From Christensenella sp. UBA5489 (GTDB taxonomy: Bacteria > Bacillota > Clostridia > Christensenellales > UBA1242): 55,619 nucleotides of DNA. Shown in pieces: positions 41,403-52,060 of this stretch. How positions within the stretch are numbered: position 1 is the first letter of the stretch; each line of letters starts with the position of its first letter. Below the pieces are notes generated by a model. That model saw only the letters and a list, made by a program, of their open reading frames with translations, made no database searches and was not told the origin of the DNA. A program made the position numbers and the translations under genes. The stretch spans positions 10,189 through 65,807 of the forward strand of contig DIPL01000020.1 in NCBI GenBank assembly GCA_002424095.1, written 5' to 3'.

Positions 41403-43703
41403 ATGCGAAGAAATTTGAGTCAGCATAGAAAAAACATTCTTGAAATCACTAAATATTTTTGCTTTTTTCTAGCATTTTATATTATGACAAAAGCAGGAAT
41501 TTATCAAACTTTTTATCCCTTTGCTTTTGGTCTTTTTTTTGCACTCATCTGGTGTAATCAAAAAGTTCAGTATTTGTCGCCATTATACATACTTGCGTGT
41601 CTGCTTTCTGATTCGTCGGTTTTAAATATAATAAATGTTTTATTTACAGTTTCAATTGTGCTTATGTTATGTTTTATTCATATAAAACTTAAAAAGCCAA
41701 TAAAAATTCCTTTGTTTTGTTTTTATGCCGTGCTTTCACAAGTCGCTTATGTATTCCTACAAATATATTATAACGGAATTATTTTAGAGCCTTTATTGAC
41801 CGTTATTCTTGGAGTTGTTTTTATGCTTGCGTGCAAGCAAATTTTTCAAGTTGTTCTTGTGCGTGGACTTGTATATCGTCTTAATTTAACTGAAATTATA
41901 AGTGCCCTTGCTGTTCTTTGTGCACTTTCTTGCGGACTTTATACTTTTAATATATATGGATTTGAAATTATTAAACTTTTCGCTATGGTTGCAATTTTGC
42001 TTTCAGTTTATGTTTTTAATGTTTCAGGTTGTTTGCTTGTCGGTAGTGTAATCGGACTTGGTGGCTTGTTTTCGGCAGGTGATACATCTTTAATTGCTCC
42101 ACTGATTATTTGGGCACTTGTCGTTTGTGCATTTAAGGCAAATAACCGCTTTTTGCCCGTGTTTTCATTGCTTTTAGTTGAAGCTGTGCTTGGATTTTTT
42201 ATAAATGTTTACTATACCTATACTTATATTTCATTTTTATCAGTCGCCGTTGGTGCTCTTATTTTCCTTTGTATCCCATCTCAAATTTTGGGTAAACTTT
42301 CAGATTTCTTTAATGTCGGAGAACGCAATCTTGCGATGAGAAATGTTGTGAACCATAGTCGTGAAAGTCTTTGTCGTCGCCTTTATGATTTAAGCGAAGT
42401 CTTTGGAGAAATGGATTATGTTTTTCGCTCAATGATAAAGGGCGGAATGACAAAAGAAGAAGTGCGGAATTTTCTAATAGGCGAAGTTAAAGAAAAAGTT
42501 TGTGCAGATTGTGCGGAAAAAAATATGTGTCATAGAATGTGCCTAAGCGAAACCAGTAATGTTTTTGAAAATTTAATTTCAGCAGCACTTGAACGTGGAA
42601 AAACATCGCTTTTAGATGTTCCGCCATTTCTAACAACACGTTGTTCACGTGTTAGTAATCTTGTTGGAATAATCAATCAACTTTGCTCGCAATATCGACA
42701 ATATGCAGGGGTTATGAATAATCTTGATGCAAGCAGAGTGCTGATTGCAGAACAACTTTTTGGTGTTTCTCAAATTATGAAAAATCTTGCGAGCGAAGTC
42801 AAACGGAATGTATCGCTTGACAAAACACGAGAAACTTCAATTATAAACGAACTTTCATATAACAATATAATTTGTTCAGATGCAGTTATATACGAACAAA
42901 ACGCTGATGTTGTAAGTGCAAATTTAATTGTTAGAAAAGAAGACAGTTTGAAATCAAAAATTCCTTCAATTGTCAGTAAAATATGTAAAAATAAAATGAT
43001 GATTGTCGGAGATGAGCCATCAAGTAAATCAGGTTGGAATACAATCAACTTGCAAACTGCACCAAAATATGATGTCGCTTTTGGCACAGCCAGTTGTCCA
43101 AAAGACGGTTCTAAAATAAGTGGCGATTGCTACTCCGTTATACGTATTGAACACGACAAATTTTTACTTGCACTTTGTGATGGAATGGGTAGTGGCGAAA
43201 AAGCAGAAAAAACCAGCAGTCTTGCAATTGGACTTGTCGAAAATTTTTATAAGGCAGGGTTTGATAATGATATAATTTTATCTAGCATAAACAAACTTCT
43301 CAGTTTAAATAAAGAAGAAATTTTTTCAGCACTTGATGTTTGCGTTGTTAATATAAGACAAGGCACAGCAGATTTTATTAAAATGGGTGCGCCAAACAGT
43401 TATATAAAACATATAAGCACAATTGAACCTATCATCGGCGGAGCGTTACCACTTGGCATTGTGCAAGATACGCAACCTGTTATAATTAAGCAAGTTTTAA
43501 GTGCCGGAGATATGGTTTTTCTTTTCACTGATGGCATTTCGGAAAGTTTCGAAAAAGAAGAAGATTTAGAAAACTATATCAACAATTTAACAGGATTAAA
43601 TCCTCAAATTTTAGCAGAACAATTAATCGAAAAAGCAATTGAAAATGACAGTGGTGCAAGAGATGATATGACAGTTATTGTCGCCAAAATCTTTAATTTA
43701 TAA
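41403..43703 (+). CDS. spoIIE: stage II sporulation protein E (membrane PP2C phosphatase)
   Basis: 766 aa with about 10 N-terminal TM helices, a central regulatory region and a C-terminal PP2C domain (SGDCYS, CDGMGSGEKA, TDGISE, DDMTVIVAKI). SD GAGGT. Confidence 0.9.
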   Translation: MRRNLSQHRKNILEITKYFCFFLAFYIMTKAGIYQTFYPFAFGLFFALIWCNQKVQYLSPLYILACLLSDSSVLNIINVLFTVSIVLMLCFIHIKLKKPIKIPLFCFYAVLSQVAYVFLQIYYNGIILEPLLTVILGVVFMLACKQIFQVVLVRGLVYRLNLTEIISALAVLCALSCGLYTFNIYGFEIIKLFAMVAILLSVYVFNVSGCLLVGSVIGLGGLFSAGDTSLIAPLIIWALVVCAFKANNRFLPVFSLLLVEAVLGFFINVYYTYTYISFLSVAVGALIFLCIPSQILGKLSDFFNVGERNLAMRNVVNHSRESLCRRLYDLSEVFGEMDYVFRSMIKGGMTKEEVRNFLIGEVKEKVCADCAEKNMCHRMCLSETSNVFENLISAALERGKTSLLDVPPFLTTRCSRVSNLVGIINQLCSQYRQYAGVMNNLDASRVLIAEQLFGVSQIMKNLASEVKRNVSLDKTRETSIINELSYNNIICSDAVIYEQNADVVSANLIVRKEDSLKSKIPSIVSKICKNKMMIVGDEPSSKSGWNTINLQTAPKYDVAFGTASCPKDGSKISGDCYSVIRIEHDKFLLALCDGMGSGEKAEKTSSLAIGLVENFYKAGFDNDIILSSINKLLSLNKEEIFSALDVCVVNIRQGTADFIKMGAPNSYIKHISTIEPIIGGALPLGIVQDTQPVIIKQVLSAGDMVFLFTDGISESFEKEEDLENYINNLTGLNPQILAEQLIEKAIENDSGARDDMTVIVAKIFNL

Positions 43704-43945
43704 TTTGTTAATTTAATTTTAATTTATTTATTTATTAATATTCACTTAATTATTAATTATTTTATTATTTTATTATTATTATTTTATTATTATTGTTTTA
43801 TTATTATTGTTTTATTAATTTAATTGATTTTTAATTATTTTTATTATTCAATTGTTTAATTTATTTATATTTAATTATTTTTATTATTCAATTGTTTAAT
43901 TTATTTTATTTAATTATTTAATTTCTTTTTTTACTTTTAACTTGA
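43704..43945. repeat. near-pure A/T tract (T-rich on plus strand) with nested tandem repeats
   Basis: 36-nt unit ttaattatttttattattcaattgtttaatttattt occurs at 43831-43866 and 43871-43906 (period 40). attattattgtttt x2 lies near 43788-43815. There is almost no G or C across about 240 bp. Confidence 0.75.
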
Positions 43946-45130
43946 TTACACAATTTCTCTTTTAGGTGGTATTTTGACACAAAAGCAAACAACTATAATC
44001 GCAAGTTGAAAATTTGCATATATTATCCAATAAGAATAATTCGAAAAGTTCAAGTCAATTGATTGATTGAAATAGTCTAAATTTCCGTTTTCGCTAACGT
44101 GAAAAATCACACTGCCAAGTTCATCAGTTCTTAAAATTTTTTGAGATTCAACACCACTTGCTACAAGTCTTTCCAAAACGTGTTGCGATGGCAAATTATA
44201 ACTGTTATTTTCGCCAACAGAAATGACTGCGAATTCAGCGGAAACGTTGCTTAAAAAATTTTCTATTGATGATGAATTACTGCCGTGATGAGCGACATCC
44301 AAAACATTAGCATTTAATTCATTTATCGAAACTGAAAGAGCCTCGTTTTCGCCCTTTTCAGTTGCATCTCCTGTAAATAAAAACTTAACTTCTTCACCTA
44401 AATTAGAATATGTAAACATAATAATCGGAGAATAACTGTTTGATTCGCTATATGATTGTTCAAGCGGAGTTATAAATTCAAATATATAATTCTCGCCTTC
44501 AATTTTTTCACCTGCGAAATTATACATAACTCCACAATTCTCATTGCCTACCGCATCAACAAATTCATTAAATAATACTGAATCTTTAATTTGTTTTTCA
44601 TCGTCGATTTCTAGTACTTCTGCTTCATCTGGCGTGAAAATCTTTGGACGATAGCAATTTTTTATTTCATAATTTGCAAAAAGTCTTTCACTATTGCCAA
44701 TATGATCGCTGTCAGTATGTGAAAGAATAAAATAGTCAAAAGTATTTTCGCTAAAATTTTGTTCCGCAAAGAAATATTGCTCTAAATATCCGAAAAATTT
44801 CTGATCTTCGCTTTTTTGTCCACAATCAATTAAAAATGTTTTATTATCATCTGTCCTAATTGCAACTGCCTTACCTTGTCCGACATCAATAAAATGAACA
44901 TAAACACCATTTTCATAAGTTACGGTCGGCGAAAAATTTATAAACTCTTCAATTTGGCTTTTAAAAAAATAAGTACCTGCCAAACAAATTGATAAAACAA
45001 GCGCAACCAAAACTCTTAATTTTAAATTATATTTTTTAAATCGGTCTTTGTGCTGTCTTTGTTTTGCCGTAGCATATAGTTTCTTAAACTTTTGAGAATA
45101 TCTTGAATTTGTTTTAATATCTTTTTTCAT
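43946..45130 (-). CDS. membrane-anchored MBL-fold hydrolase, ComEC C-terminal-domain-like
   Basis: N- and C-terminal TM helices. ILSHTDSDHIGN (H.D.DH motif), GDATEKGE and VAHHGS match the lactamase_B domain of ComEC/Rec2. The channel domain is absent. Confidence 0.7.
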   Translation of the reverse strand: MKKDIKTNSRYSQKFKKLYATAKQRQHKDRFKKYNLKLRVLVALVLSICLAGTYFFKSQIEEFINFSPTVTYENGVYVHFIDVGQGKAVAIRTDDNKTFLIDCGQKSEDQKFFGYLEQYFFAEQNFSENTFDYFILSHTDSDHIGNSERLFANYEIKNCYRPKIFTPDEAEVLEIDDEKQIKDSVLFNEFVDAVGNENCGVMYNFAGEKIEGENYIFEFITPLEQSYSESNSYSPIIMFTYSNLGEEVKFLFTGDATEKGENEALSVSINELNANVLDVAHHGSNSSSIENFLSNVSAEFAVISVGENNSYNLPSQHVLERLVASGVESQKILRTDELGSVIFHVSENGNLDYFNQSIDLNFSNYSYWIIYANFQLAIIVVCFCVKIPPKREIV

Positions 45131-45148
45131 CGTAAAACTTTTTTCTTT

Positions 45149-45997
45149 TTAATAAAATACAGGTTTATCTAATTGGTTTTTAAACTTAATTTTCTTTCCT
45201 TTTGATTTTGGTCTGCTTTTGAAAATTTTTATTATATCATCAATTTTATTAAGAGTTTCTCGATAGCCTTCTTCAATCATATCTAAAAATCCATCAGTGC
45301 TTGTTGCTTTAAAACGCTTCGTTTCAGGTTTAAGTAATACATCACTATACATATAACCTTTTGCAACGTTACTTTCCATTAAAATTCGAATTGAGCAGGA
45401 AATAACATCTAAAAGTTTTGTGCTTTCAGTGCCATAAACTCTCGACTTATTAACATCAATTCCGACAACATAGTCGCAATCAAAAAGTTTCGGAATATCA
45501 GCAGGTAAAGTATTTCGAAGTCCACCATCGCATAAGTGCATTTGATTAAATTCAACAGGATAAAAAACTCCTGGCACACAACAACTTCCTGCAACTGCTT
45601 TCGCTAAATTTCCTCTTGTTATGCAAATTTCATTTGTGGATTTAATATCAACCGCAACTGCTGAAAATGGAATTTTTAATTCTTCAATATTAATATCACC
45701 TAATTGTTCAATTATGATATTTTCAATTCCATCAGTTTTAGATGGAACAAAAACCAGTTTGCTTGTTCGAATATTTTTAAGGTCTAAAAAACGAGCAACT
45801 TTAAAAAAGTCGTCATAAGTGAAACCTGCACAATAAAGAGCGCCAATCAAACTTCCAACACTTGTTCCGCAAACATAATCAAATTTAAGCCCGAATTCTT
45901 CGAAAGCCTTAATTGCTCCTAAGTGTGCAAAACCACGTGCCCCGCCGCCGCCAAGTGCCAATCCAATTTTCGCTTTCCTGTTTGAGAACAAGCCCAT
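45149..45997 (-). CDS. patatin-like phospholipase
   Basis: GGGGARGFAHLG oxyanion loop, GTSVGS nucleophile elbow and the DGG Asp motif. SD AGGAG. Confidence 0.9.
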   Translation of the reverse strand: MGLFSNRKAKIGLALGGGGARGFAHLGAIKAFEEFGLKFDYVCGTSVGSLIGALYCAGFTYDDFFKVARFLDLKNIRTSKLVFVPSKTDGIENIIIEQLGDINIEELKIPFSAVAVDIKSTNEICITRGNLAKAVAGSCCVPGVFYPVEFNQMHLCDGGLRNTLPADIPKLFDCDYVVGIDVNKSRVYGTESTKLLDVISCSIRILMESNVAKGYMYSDVLLKPETKRFKATSTDGFLDMIEEGYRETLNKIDDIIKIFKSRPKSKGKKIKFKNQLDKPVFY

Positions 45998-46076
45998 TCG
46001 CCACTCCTTATTTAGATTTCTTTTCTTTATTTATTAATAATATGTATTATAATACATTTTCAAAAAAGATGCTATT

Positions 46077-46120
46077 AAAAAATAAACTTTATTACTTCAA
46101 TAATAAAGTTTATTTTTTAT
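46077..46120 (-). terminator. intrinsic (bidirectional-looking) terminator after the 262-aa membrane protein gene
   Basis: Perfect 14-bp stem AATAAACTTTATTA / TAATAAAGTTTATT with a 6-nt loop, flanked by an A-run and a T-run. Confidence 0.6.
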
Positions 46121-46154
46121 TTGATTTTATATTTTTTATTTTGAAAAATTCGTA

Positions 46155-46943
46155 TTATTTTTCTTCTTCGTATTCTCCGTCATTTTCGAAAATTTCAGAA
46201 TTCTCTCTTTTTTCGTCCAATTTATTTTGAGTGGCTTTTGGTTTGCCAAACATTATGCTTTTAGTTGACTGCTTCGCTGTCTGCACTTGTTTTGAAGTTA
46301 TGTCATCTGGACGTACCGTGAAAAATCCTTCCAAAAAAAATAAGATAATGCCAAAGAGAAGTGCCACTAAAAATGATATAAGCAAACTCAGTAAAATGTC
46401 TCCGAAAGCAAATATGCCCGCTTGTGATGCAATATTAAAAATGAAAATTGCCGCAAACATTGCACCTAAAAGCGATATAAAACTTTTAAACGTAAAGTCT
46501 TTAACAAAGTTTGTTTTCGTATCAATTAAAAAGCCAACTGTTATTGCCACTAGAAAAGCACCGAGAACTATTAACATAGGTGCTAAGGCAAAATTAAATG
46601 CAAATGTGAAATTGTTAAAACTGTAACTATAGTAAAGCATTGCAGTCAACCCTAATGCAACCATGAAACAACCGCTTATCACAATCAGTTTTAAAACTTC
46701 TTTAAATGCGTATTTTTTATAAAAAATGTAAAATATAAAAATCGCCGTAAATAAATGTATTAAAGCGACAGGTACTGCAACCCCGAAAACATTCGCCGAA
46801 CCAATTGAATAAGCAATCGTTAAACTCAAAGCAAATTGCAACATAGCAAAACAATAAATTCCTATTTTACCAAAGAATTTTGCACTAAGCCATAGTAGTA
46901 GCCCGCTTGAAACTGCGGAAAACAGTAATATACTCCAATTCAT
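46155..46943 (-). CDS. polytopic integral membrane protein with acidic C-terminal tail (hypothetical)
   Basis: 262 aa with about 7 hydrophobic helices. SD GGGGA. No family motif recognised. Confidence 0.55.
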   Translation of the reverse strand: MNWSILLFSAVSSGLLLWLSAKFFGKIGIYCFAMLQFALSLTIAYSIGSANVFGVAVPVALIHLFTAIFIFYIFYKKYAFKEVLKLIVISGCFMVALGLTAMLYYSYSFNNFTFAFNFALAPMLIVLGAFLVAITVGFLIDTKTNFVKDFTFKSFISLLGAMFAAIFIFNIASQAGIFAFGDILLSLLISFLVALLFGIILFFLEGFFTVRPDDITSKQVQTAKQSTKSIMFGKPKATQNKLDEKRENSEIFENDGEYEEEK

Positions 46944-47173
46944 TAAATTTTCCCCTTTATTTTTTGATTTTAGGTATTTTATGTGATGTGCTTATATATG
47001 AAAAGCAGGTCATAAATGTTATAAAATTATAAATTTTTTAAAATTATAGTACAAACTTGTTGAATTTACAAGGGTTTTTCACAAACAAATTATTACCTAT
47101 TTATCTTTAATCTCTTATTATTTCCTTATTATAGGAAAATAAAACATTTCTTTAAAGAAATTTCAGTTTGAGT

Positions 47174-48328
47174 TCAATTGTTTTCTAAATCAGGCAAATA
47201 AATTTGAAGAATATCAATTTCATCGCTCTGCGGTTTTAATGTTATTATTTGTCCGCCCATTAATTCTTCACCTTCGAAAAATTGAAGATAGGCATTATAA
47301 TCAAGTGTTGGACAAAAAGATAAGAGGACATCTTGATATAAAATCCCAAAAGTATTTCTATGGTCATGTCCGCAAAAAATTGCAAAAGTGCTTCGCATTT
47401 CTTTGACTGCTTCAAAAAATTTACACTGTGGATTTATCGTTGAAATGCTTTCAGTGCATACTCCATATAAAATTTTCTCGCTATCATTGTCAATTGCAAG
47501 TTGATATTCATATAAAGGAATATGCATAAAAACAACTGATGGAATGGCTTCACCGTATGCAATACCTGCTTCATTATTTAAAGAATAAATACTTTCTTTG
47601 TACCAATCAATTTGGTCTTGTTGAATATCTCGCTCGCTCGAATCTATGAAGAAAAGTGCTTGACTGAGAGTTCCATTATTATTTAATAATTTAATTATAT
47701 AATTTCCTTCGCCAGAAATATCTTTTCCGCCCTTATATAACGAATACTTTAACTTTGGATTTGAAAAATAATCGGAAAGTTCCTTTTTATTTAATTTTGA
47801 CAAACTTTCAGCATCGTGATTTCCAAAAACAAAAGCGTATGGAATTGTCATTTTTTCAAATATTGATAAAAATGCACGTGACTGAGTTTCGTTATCTGTG
47901 CAGTATGAGCGGTATATGAACGGAAATACCATATCGCCTGTTATCACAATTAAATCAGGTCTCGCATTATCTACAACCTTGACAAGTGATTGAACTGTTT
48001 GAATATCTCTGCTCTTTGTAAAATAGGAACAACTTAAATGCAAGTCGGAAAGTTGCAAAATGACAAAATCAGCATTAGTTTCGTCATTTGTTATTGTCGT
48101 AATACCCTTTGCATCTTTGCCTATTTCAAGGTTTCTATGCGGAATTGGTTGTATATTATCAATAACTGAAAAGACAGAGGTGCTTCCTGAAATTACAAAG
48201 GGCGTAAAAAAAGCAAAGATAATACAAATTGCTAAAATAGGAATTATAATGGCTTTTGCCGCTGTTGATTTAAACACATTAAATTTTTCGTTTTTTTGCA
48301 ACACATTTGTATTACTCATAGTGTTCAT
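47174..48328 (-). CDS. membrane-anchored calcineurin-like metallophosphoesterase
   Basis: N-terminal TM helix. LSDLHL, TGDMV, GNHD, MHIPL and GHDH motifs are present in the canonical order. Confidence 0.8.
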   Translation of the reverse strand: MNTMSNTNVLQKNEKFNVFKSTAAKAIIIPILAICIIFAFFTPFVISGSTSVFSVIDNIQPIPHRNLEIGKDAKGITTITNDETNADFVILQLSDLHLSCSYFTKSRDIQTVQSLVKVVDNARPDLIVITGDMVFPFIYRSYCTDNETQSRAFLSIFEKMTIPYAFVFGNHDAESLSKLNKKELSDYFSNPKLKYSLYKGGKDISGEGNYIIKLLNNNGTLSQALFFIDSSERDIQQDQIDWYKESIYSLNNEAGIAYGEAIPSVVFMHIPLYEYQLAIDNDSEKILYGVCTESISTINPQCKFFEAVKEMRSTFAIFCGHDHRNTFGILYQDVLLSFCPTLDYNAYLQFFEGEELMGGQIITLKPQSDEIDILQIYLPDLENN

Positions 48329-48466
48329 ATTTTTATCCTTTAAAAATTCTTGTTTTTATTTTATAATAATAACATATTTCACTGAAAAAATATATAAAAT
48401 TTAATGTTTTATTAAAAAATTTTCAACGCAAGTTGACATTAGATTATATAAATGTTAATATTTTTT

Positions 48467-49171
48467 ATGAAAATTTACGCAATAAGCGACTTGCATTTGT
48501 CTTTCGCCGTTAATAAACCTATGGATATCTTCGGTGAAATTTGGGACGATTATTTAACAAAAATTACAACAGACTGGAATACGAAAGTTTGTGATGATGA
48601 TATTGTTTTAATTGCGGGAGATATAAGTTGGGCAATGCGTGCAAAAGAAGTATCTCCTGATTTAGACTTTATTTCAAAATTAAACGGAAAGAAAATTATG
48701 ATTCGTGGAAATCACGATTATTGGTGGACAACAATTTCTGCCGTAAGACGAATTCTTCCAAAAAACATTTACGCCATTCAAAACGATGCTTTAAAATTCG
48801 GTGATTATATTTTTTGCGGAACACGTGGTTGGACAGTCTCCGAAACAGGAGTTTTTGAAACCGAGCATGACCACAAAATTTTCAATAGCGAAATTGTGCG
48901 TCTTGAACTAACTCTTTCAGCAGCAAAAAAACTTCAAAAAAATAATGAAAAGATAATATGTATGATACATTTTCCTCCAATGAACAGCAAAAAAGAACCT
49001 AGCGAATTCACAAATTTAATTGAAAAATACGGCGTTATCAAAGTTGTTTACGGGCATCTGCATAAAAATAAGAAAAGTTTTTCATCGCCGTTATATTATA
49101 TTCAAAATGGCGTGGAATATTATTTAACTTCTTGCGATATGTTGAACTTCGAACTTGTTTCAATAGTTTAA
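48467..49171 (+). CDS. cytoplasmic metallophosphoesterase
   Basis: MKIYAISDLHL, AGDISW, RGNHDYWW, MIHFPP and YGHLH motifs. I prefer ATG 48467 over the track start at 48452; neither has an SD. Confidence 0.8.
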   Translation: MKIYAISDLHLSFAVNKPMDIFGEIWDDYLTKITTDWNTKVCDDDIVLIAGDISWAMRAKEVSPDLDFISKLNGKKIMIRGNHDYWWTTISAVRRILPKNIYAIQNDALKFGDYIFCGTRGWTVSETGVFETEHDHKIFNSEIVRLELTLSAAKKLQKNNEKIICMIHFPPMNSKKEPSEFTNLIEKYGVIKVVYGHLHKNKKSFSSPLYYIQNGVEYYLTSCDMLNFELVSIV

Positions 49172-49391
49172 AATTACCTTGATTTAAAAAAATACCTAAG
49201 ATTTTTGGGAGATTTTGCATTATTCACTAAATTTTGCATAATGATAATATTAGTCTTAAATCAGTATTTAAAGTAGTTTTATATAAAAAAACATAAAAAT
49301 CTTTTAAATAAGATTTACATTGTGGCACTTAATAATTAAATTATTTATATTGCAAATATTTCGCAATTTAAGTTTGGGGAAATAAAAAAAT

Positions 49392-52052
49392 ATGAAAGAA
49401 AGTAAAAAATCAAATCTTAGTGACTATTTTACCATAAGTGCCGCTGAAAGTTTGAAAAGGTTTGAAACTAGTAGAAAAGGAATTGATGAACTTGAAGCCG
49501 CAAGCAGGCTTAAATCCTATGGAAAAAACAAACTAGATAATCAAAAAAAACGAAGTAAACTTGTTATGCTTTTGGCACAGTTTACTGATATTATGATTAT
49601 AATTTTGCTGCTCGCTGCGGGTGTTTCAATTGTCTTTTCAATAATTGAAAAATCAGGAAGCGAACTTACTGACGGACTTATAATACTCGGTATTGTTCTG
49701 ATTAATGCGTGGATTGGCTTTGCTCAGGAAAATAAAGCAGAACAAGCAATGGAAGCACTCAAAACTATGACTCAGCCCGAAACCAAAATTATTCGCAACG
49801 GCGAACTTAAAAGAATTCCAAGTGCTGATATTGTTCCGGGAGATATTATTGTTTTGGAAGCGGGCGATATTATTTCTGCCGACTGTCGCCTTGTTGAATC
49901 AATTATGTTACGTTGCGATGAAGCATCTTTGACAGGCGAAAGTATTCCCGTTTCCAAAGATGCAAAAATGATTTTAAATCAAAACACAATTCTCGCTGAA
50001 CGAAAAAATATGGTGTATAGCGGAACAGTTGTATCCACTGGAAAAGGTCTTGCCGTTGTTACTGCAACGGGGAAAAATACAGAAATCGGAAAAATTGCAA
50101 AGATGTTGGAAACGACTAAAAAGGATGAAACTCCGCTACAAAAAGGTATCCAACAAATTGGGAAAATCATAACCATTATAATTCTCGTAATTTGCGCGAT
50201 AACTTTTGTCATTGAAATTATAGCAAGTCCGCAGTCGCCAATGGATGCATTTTTAACTTCGGTTGCAATTGCTGTTGCGGCAATTCCTGAAAGTTTGCCC
50301 GCCGTTATTACAATTATAATGAGTCTTGGTGTTGCTCGTCTTGCAAAGAGAAAGGCAATTATTAAAAGATTACATGCTGTTGAAACACTTGGCAGTTGCG
50401 ACGTTATATGTTCTGACAAAACTGGCACACTAACTCAAAATATTATGACTATTCAAGCACTTTATTATAACGATGAATTAGACTTGAAAGCGAAGAAAAA
50501 TATTGCAATTGATGAATTTGTTTTGCTTAATAAGGCAATGTGCCTTTGTAATGATAGTATGAAAAATAAGGGCAAGTTCGTCGGCGACCCAACTGAAACC
50601 GCACTCAGCGATTATGCGTTTAAGTGCGGGTTAGATAAAACGACATTAGATACTCAATATGAAAGAATTGGAGAAATTCCATTTGATTCGATTCGAAAAC
50701 TTATGACAACCGTTCATATATACGACAAAAATTATTTTGTTTATACAAAAGGTGCCGTTGATGAAGTTTTGAAAAAATGCTCATATGTTCAAATAAACGG
50801 AAAGCAAGTTAAAATGACCGATGCTATTAAAAGAAAAATTGCTATTGCAAATAAATCTATGGGTGATGGTGCCTTGCGTGTTCTCGGCTTTGCCTATAAA
50901 CAAATTCCTTCATTTGAAACAGATATTCCGCTTGAAAGCGAACTTATATTTATTGGTTTAGCAGGAATGATTGACCCACCACGAAAAGAAGCAAAATATG
51001 CAGTGAGTAAATGTAAAGTCGCAGGAATTCGCACTATTATGATAACTGGCGACCATAAACATACTGCTGTTGCCGTTGCAAAAGAAATAGGTATTATTGA
51101 AGATGAAAATGAAGTTATGACAGGTGCAGAAATTGATAAATTAAATGATGCAGATTTCCAAAAAGTTGTCAAAACAGTTTCAGTTTTTGCACGTGTAAGT
51201 CCTGAAAATAAAGTTCGAATTGTCGAAGCATTAAAGCAATGTGGAAAAATTGTTGCAATGACCGGAGATGGTGTAAACGATGCGCCGAGTATTAAAAAAG
51301 CAAACATTGGTGTCGGAATGGGAATCACAGGAACTGATGTTACAAAAGAAGTTGCTGACCTTATTGTAACAGATGACAACTTTGCAACAATTGTTGTAGC
51401 GGTTGAAGAAGGCAGAAAAATTTATACAAACATTCAAAAAACTGTGCAATTTTTATTTTCCGCAAACCTTGCAGAAATCACATCAATTTTTCTTGCAACT
51501 CTGCTTTTCCCACAAACAATCTTTCTTTTGCCCGTACAAATTTTATTTGTAAATTTGATTTCAGATTCTTTTCCTGCTATTGCTCTCGGTCTTGAACCAG
51601 CAGAAAAAGATATTATGAAAGCAAAGCCACGAAGTTCTAAAACAAATTTATTTTCCAACGGTGTTGGAAAAATGATTGTAATAATGGGACTTTGCCAAAG
51701 TGCCGTTGTCCTTGCGTGCTTTTTAATCGGAAAGTTTAATTTTGGAAGTGATGAAATTGCAATGTCTATGGCATTTTACTCATTAAATATTGTGCAACTG
51801 TTTTATCTTATGTCCGTTCGTACCAAAGACAGTGCATTTAAAAACCACTTATTTAATAATAAATGGGCGGTGGCGGCGATTTTATCCTCATTCGGAATCA
51901 TTCTGTTAATCGCTCTTACACCTTTACACACCTTTTTACGATTAGTTAGTTTAGATTTAATTCACTGGATTATCATTTTTGCATTATCAATTTCAATTTT
52001 CTTTGTAAGCGAAGTTGTTAAAAGAATTATTCACAAAAAATATCCAGAATAA
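49392..52052 (+). CDS. P-type Ca2+-transporting ATPase (P2A, YloB/SERCA-like)
   Basis: TGES, ICSDKTGTLT, MITGDH, TGDGVNDAP, the M4 motif IPESLP and 10 predicted TM helices. Confidence 0.93.
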   Translation: MKESKKSNLSDYFTISAAESLKRFETSRKGIDELEAASRLKSYGKNKLDNQKKRSKLVMLLAQFTDIMIIILLLAAGVSIVFSIIEKSGSELTDGLIILGIVLINAWIGFAQENKAEQAMEALKTMTQPETKIIRNGELKRIPSADIVPGDIIVLEAGDIISADCRLVESIMLRCDEASLTGESIPVSKDAKMILNQNTILAERKNMVYSGTVVSTGKGLAVVTATGKNTEIGKIAKMLETTKKDETPLQKGIQQIGKIITIIILVICAITFVIEIIASPQSPMDAFLTSVAIAVAAIPESLPAVITIIMSLGVARLAKRKAIIKRLHAVETLGSCDVICSDKTGTLTQNIMTIQALYYNDELDLKAKKNIAIDEFVLLNKAMCLCNDSMKNKGKFVGDPTETALSDYAFKCGLDKTTLDTQYERIGEIPFDSIRKLMTTVHIYDKNYFVYTKGAVDEVLKKCSYVQINGKQVKMTDAIKRKIAIANKSMGDGALRVLGFAYKQIPSFETDIPLESELIFIGLAGMIDPPRKEAKYAVSKCKVAGIRTIMITGDHKHTAVAVAKEIGIIEDENEVMTGAEIDKLNDADFQKVVKTVSVFARVSPENKVRIVEALKQCGKIVAMTGDGVNDAPSIKKANIGVGMGITGTDVTKEVADLIVTDDNFATIVVAVEEGRKIYTNIQKTVQFLFSANLAEITSIFLATLLFPQTIFLLPVQILFVNLISDSFPAIALGLEPAEKDIMKAKPRSSKTNLFSNGVGKMIVIMGLCQSAVVLACFLIGKFNFGSDEIAMSMAFYSLNIVQLFYLMSVRTKDSAFKNHLFNNKWAVAAILSSFGIILLIALTPLHTFLRLVSLDLIHWIIIFALSISIFFVSEVVKRIIHKKYPE

Positions 52053-52060
52053 GAAAAGAT

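Noticed and set aside
43704-43945. CRISPR array
   Set aside because: The repeats are A/T-only, there are just two long copies plus short tandem units, there is no regular repeat-spacer periodicity with unique spacers, and there are no cas genes in the window.
46944-47173. Riboswitch (e.g. preQ1) upstream of the 262-aa membrane protein gene
   Set aside because: I could not match any riboswitch consensus. The only structures are weak A/T hairpins, including the ATTTCTTTAAAGAAAT palindrome at 47146-47161, which more likely terminates the upstream phosphoesterase gene.
48433-48469. Leaderless-mRNA promoter for the 239-aa phosphoesterase (TTGACA, 17 nt, TAATAT, 5 nt, ATG 48467)
   Set aside because: The -10 to ATG distance is too short for the TSS to fall at or before the ATG. 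The promoter call may still be right, but the start-codon relationship is unresolved.
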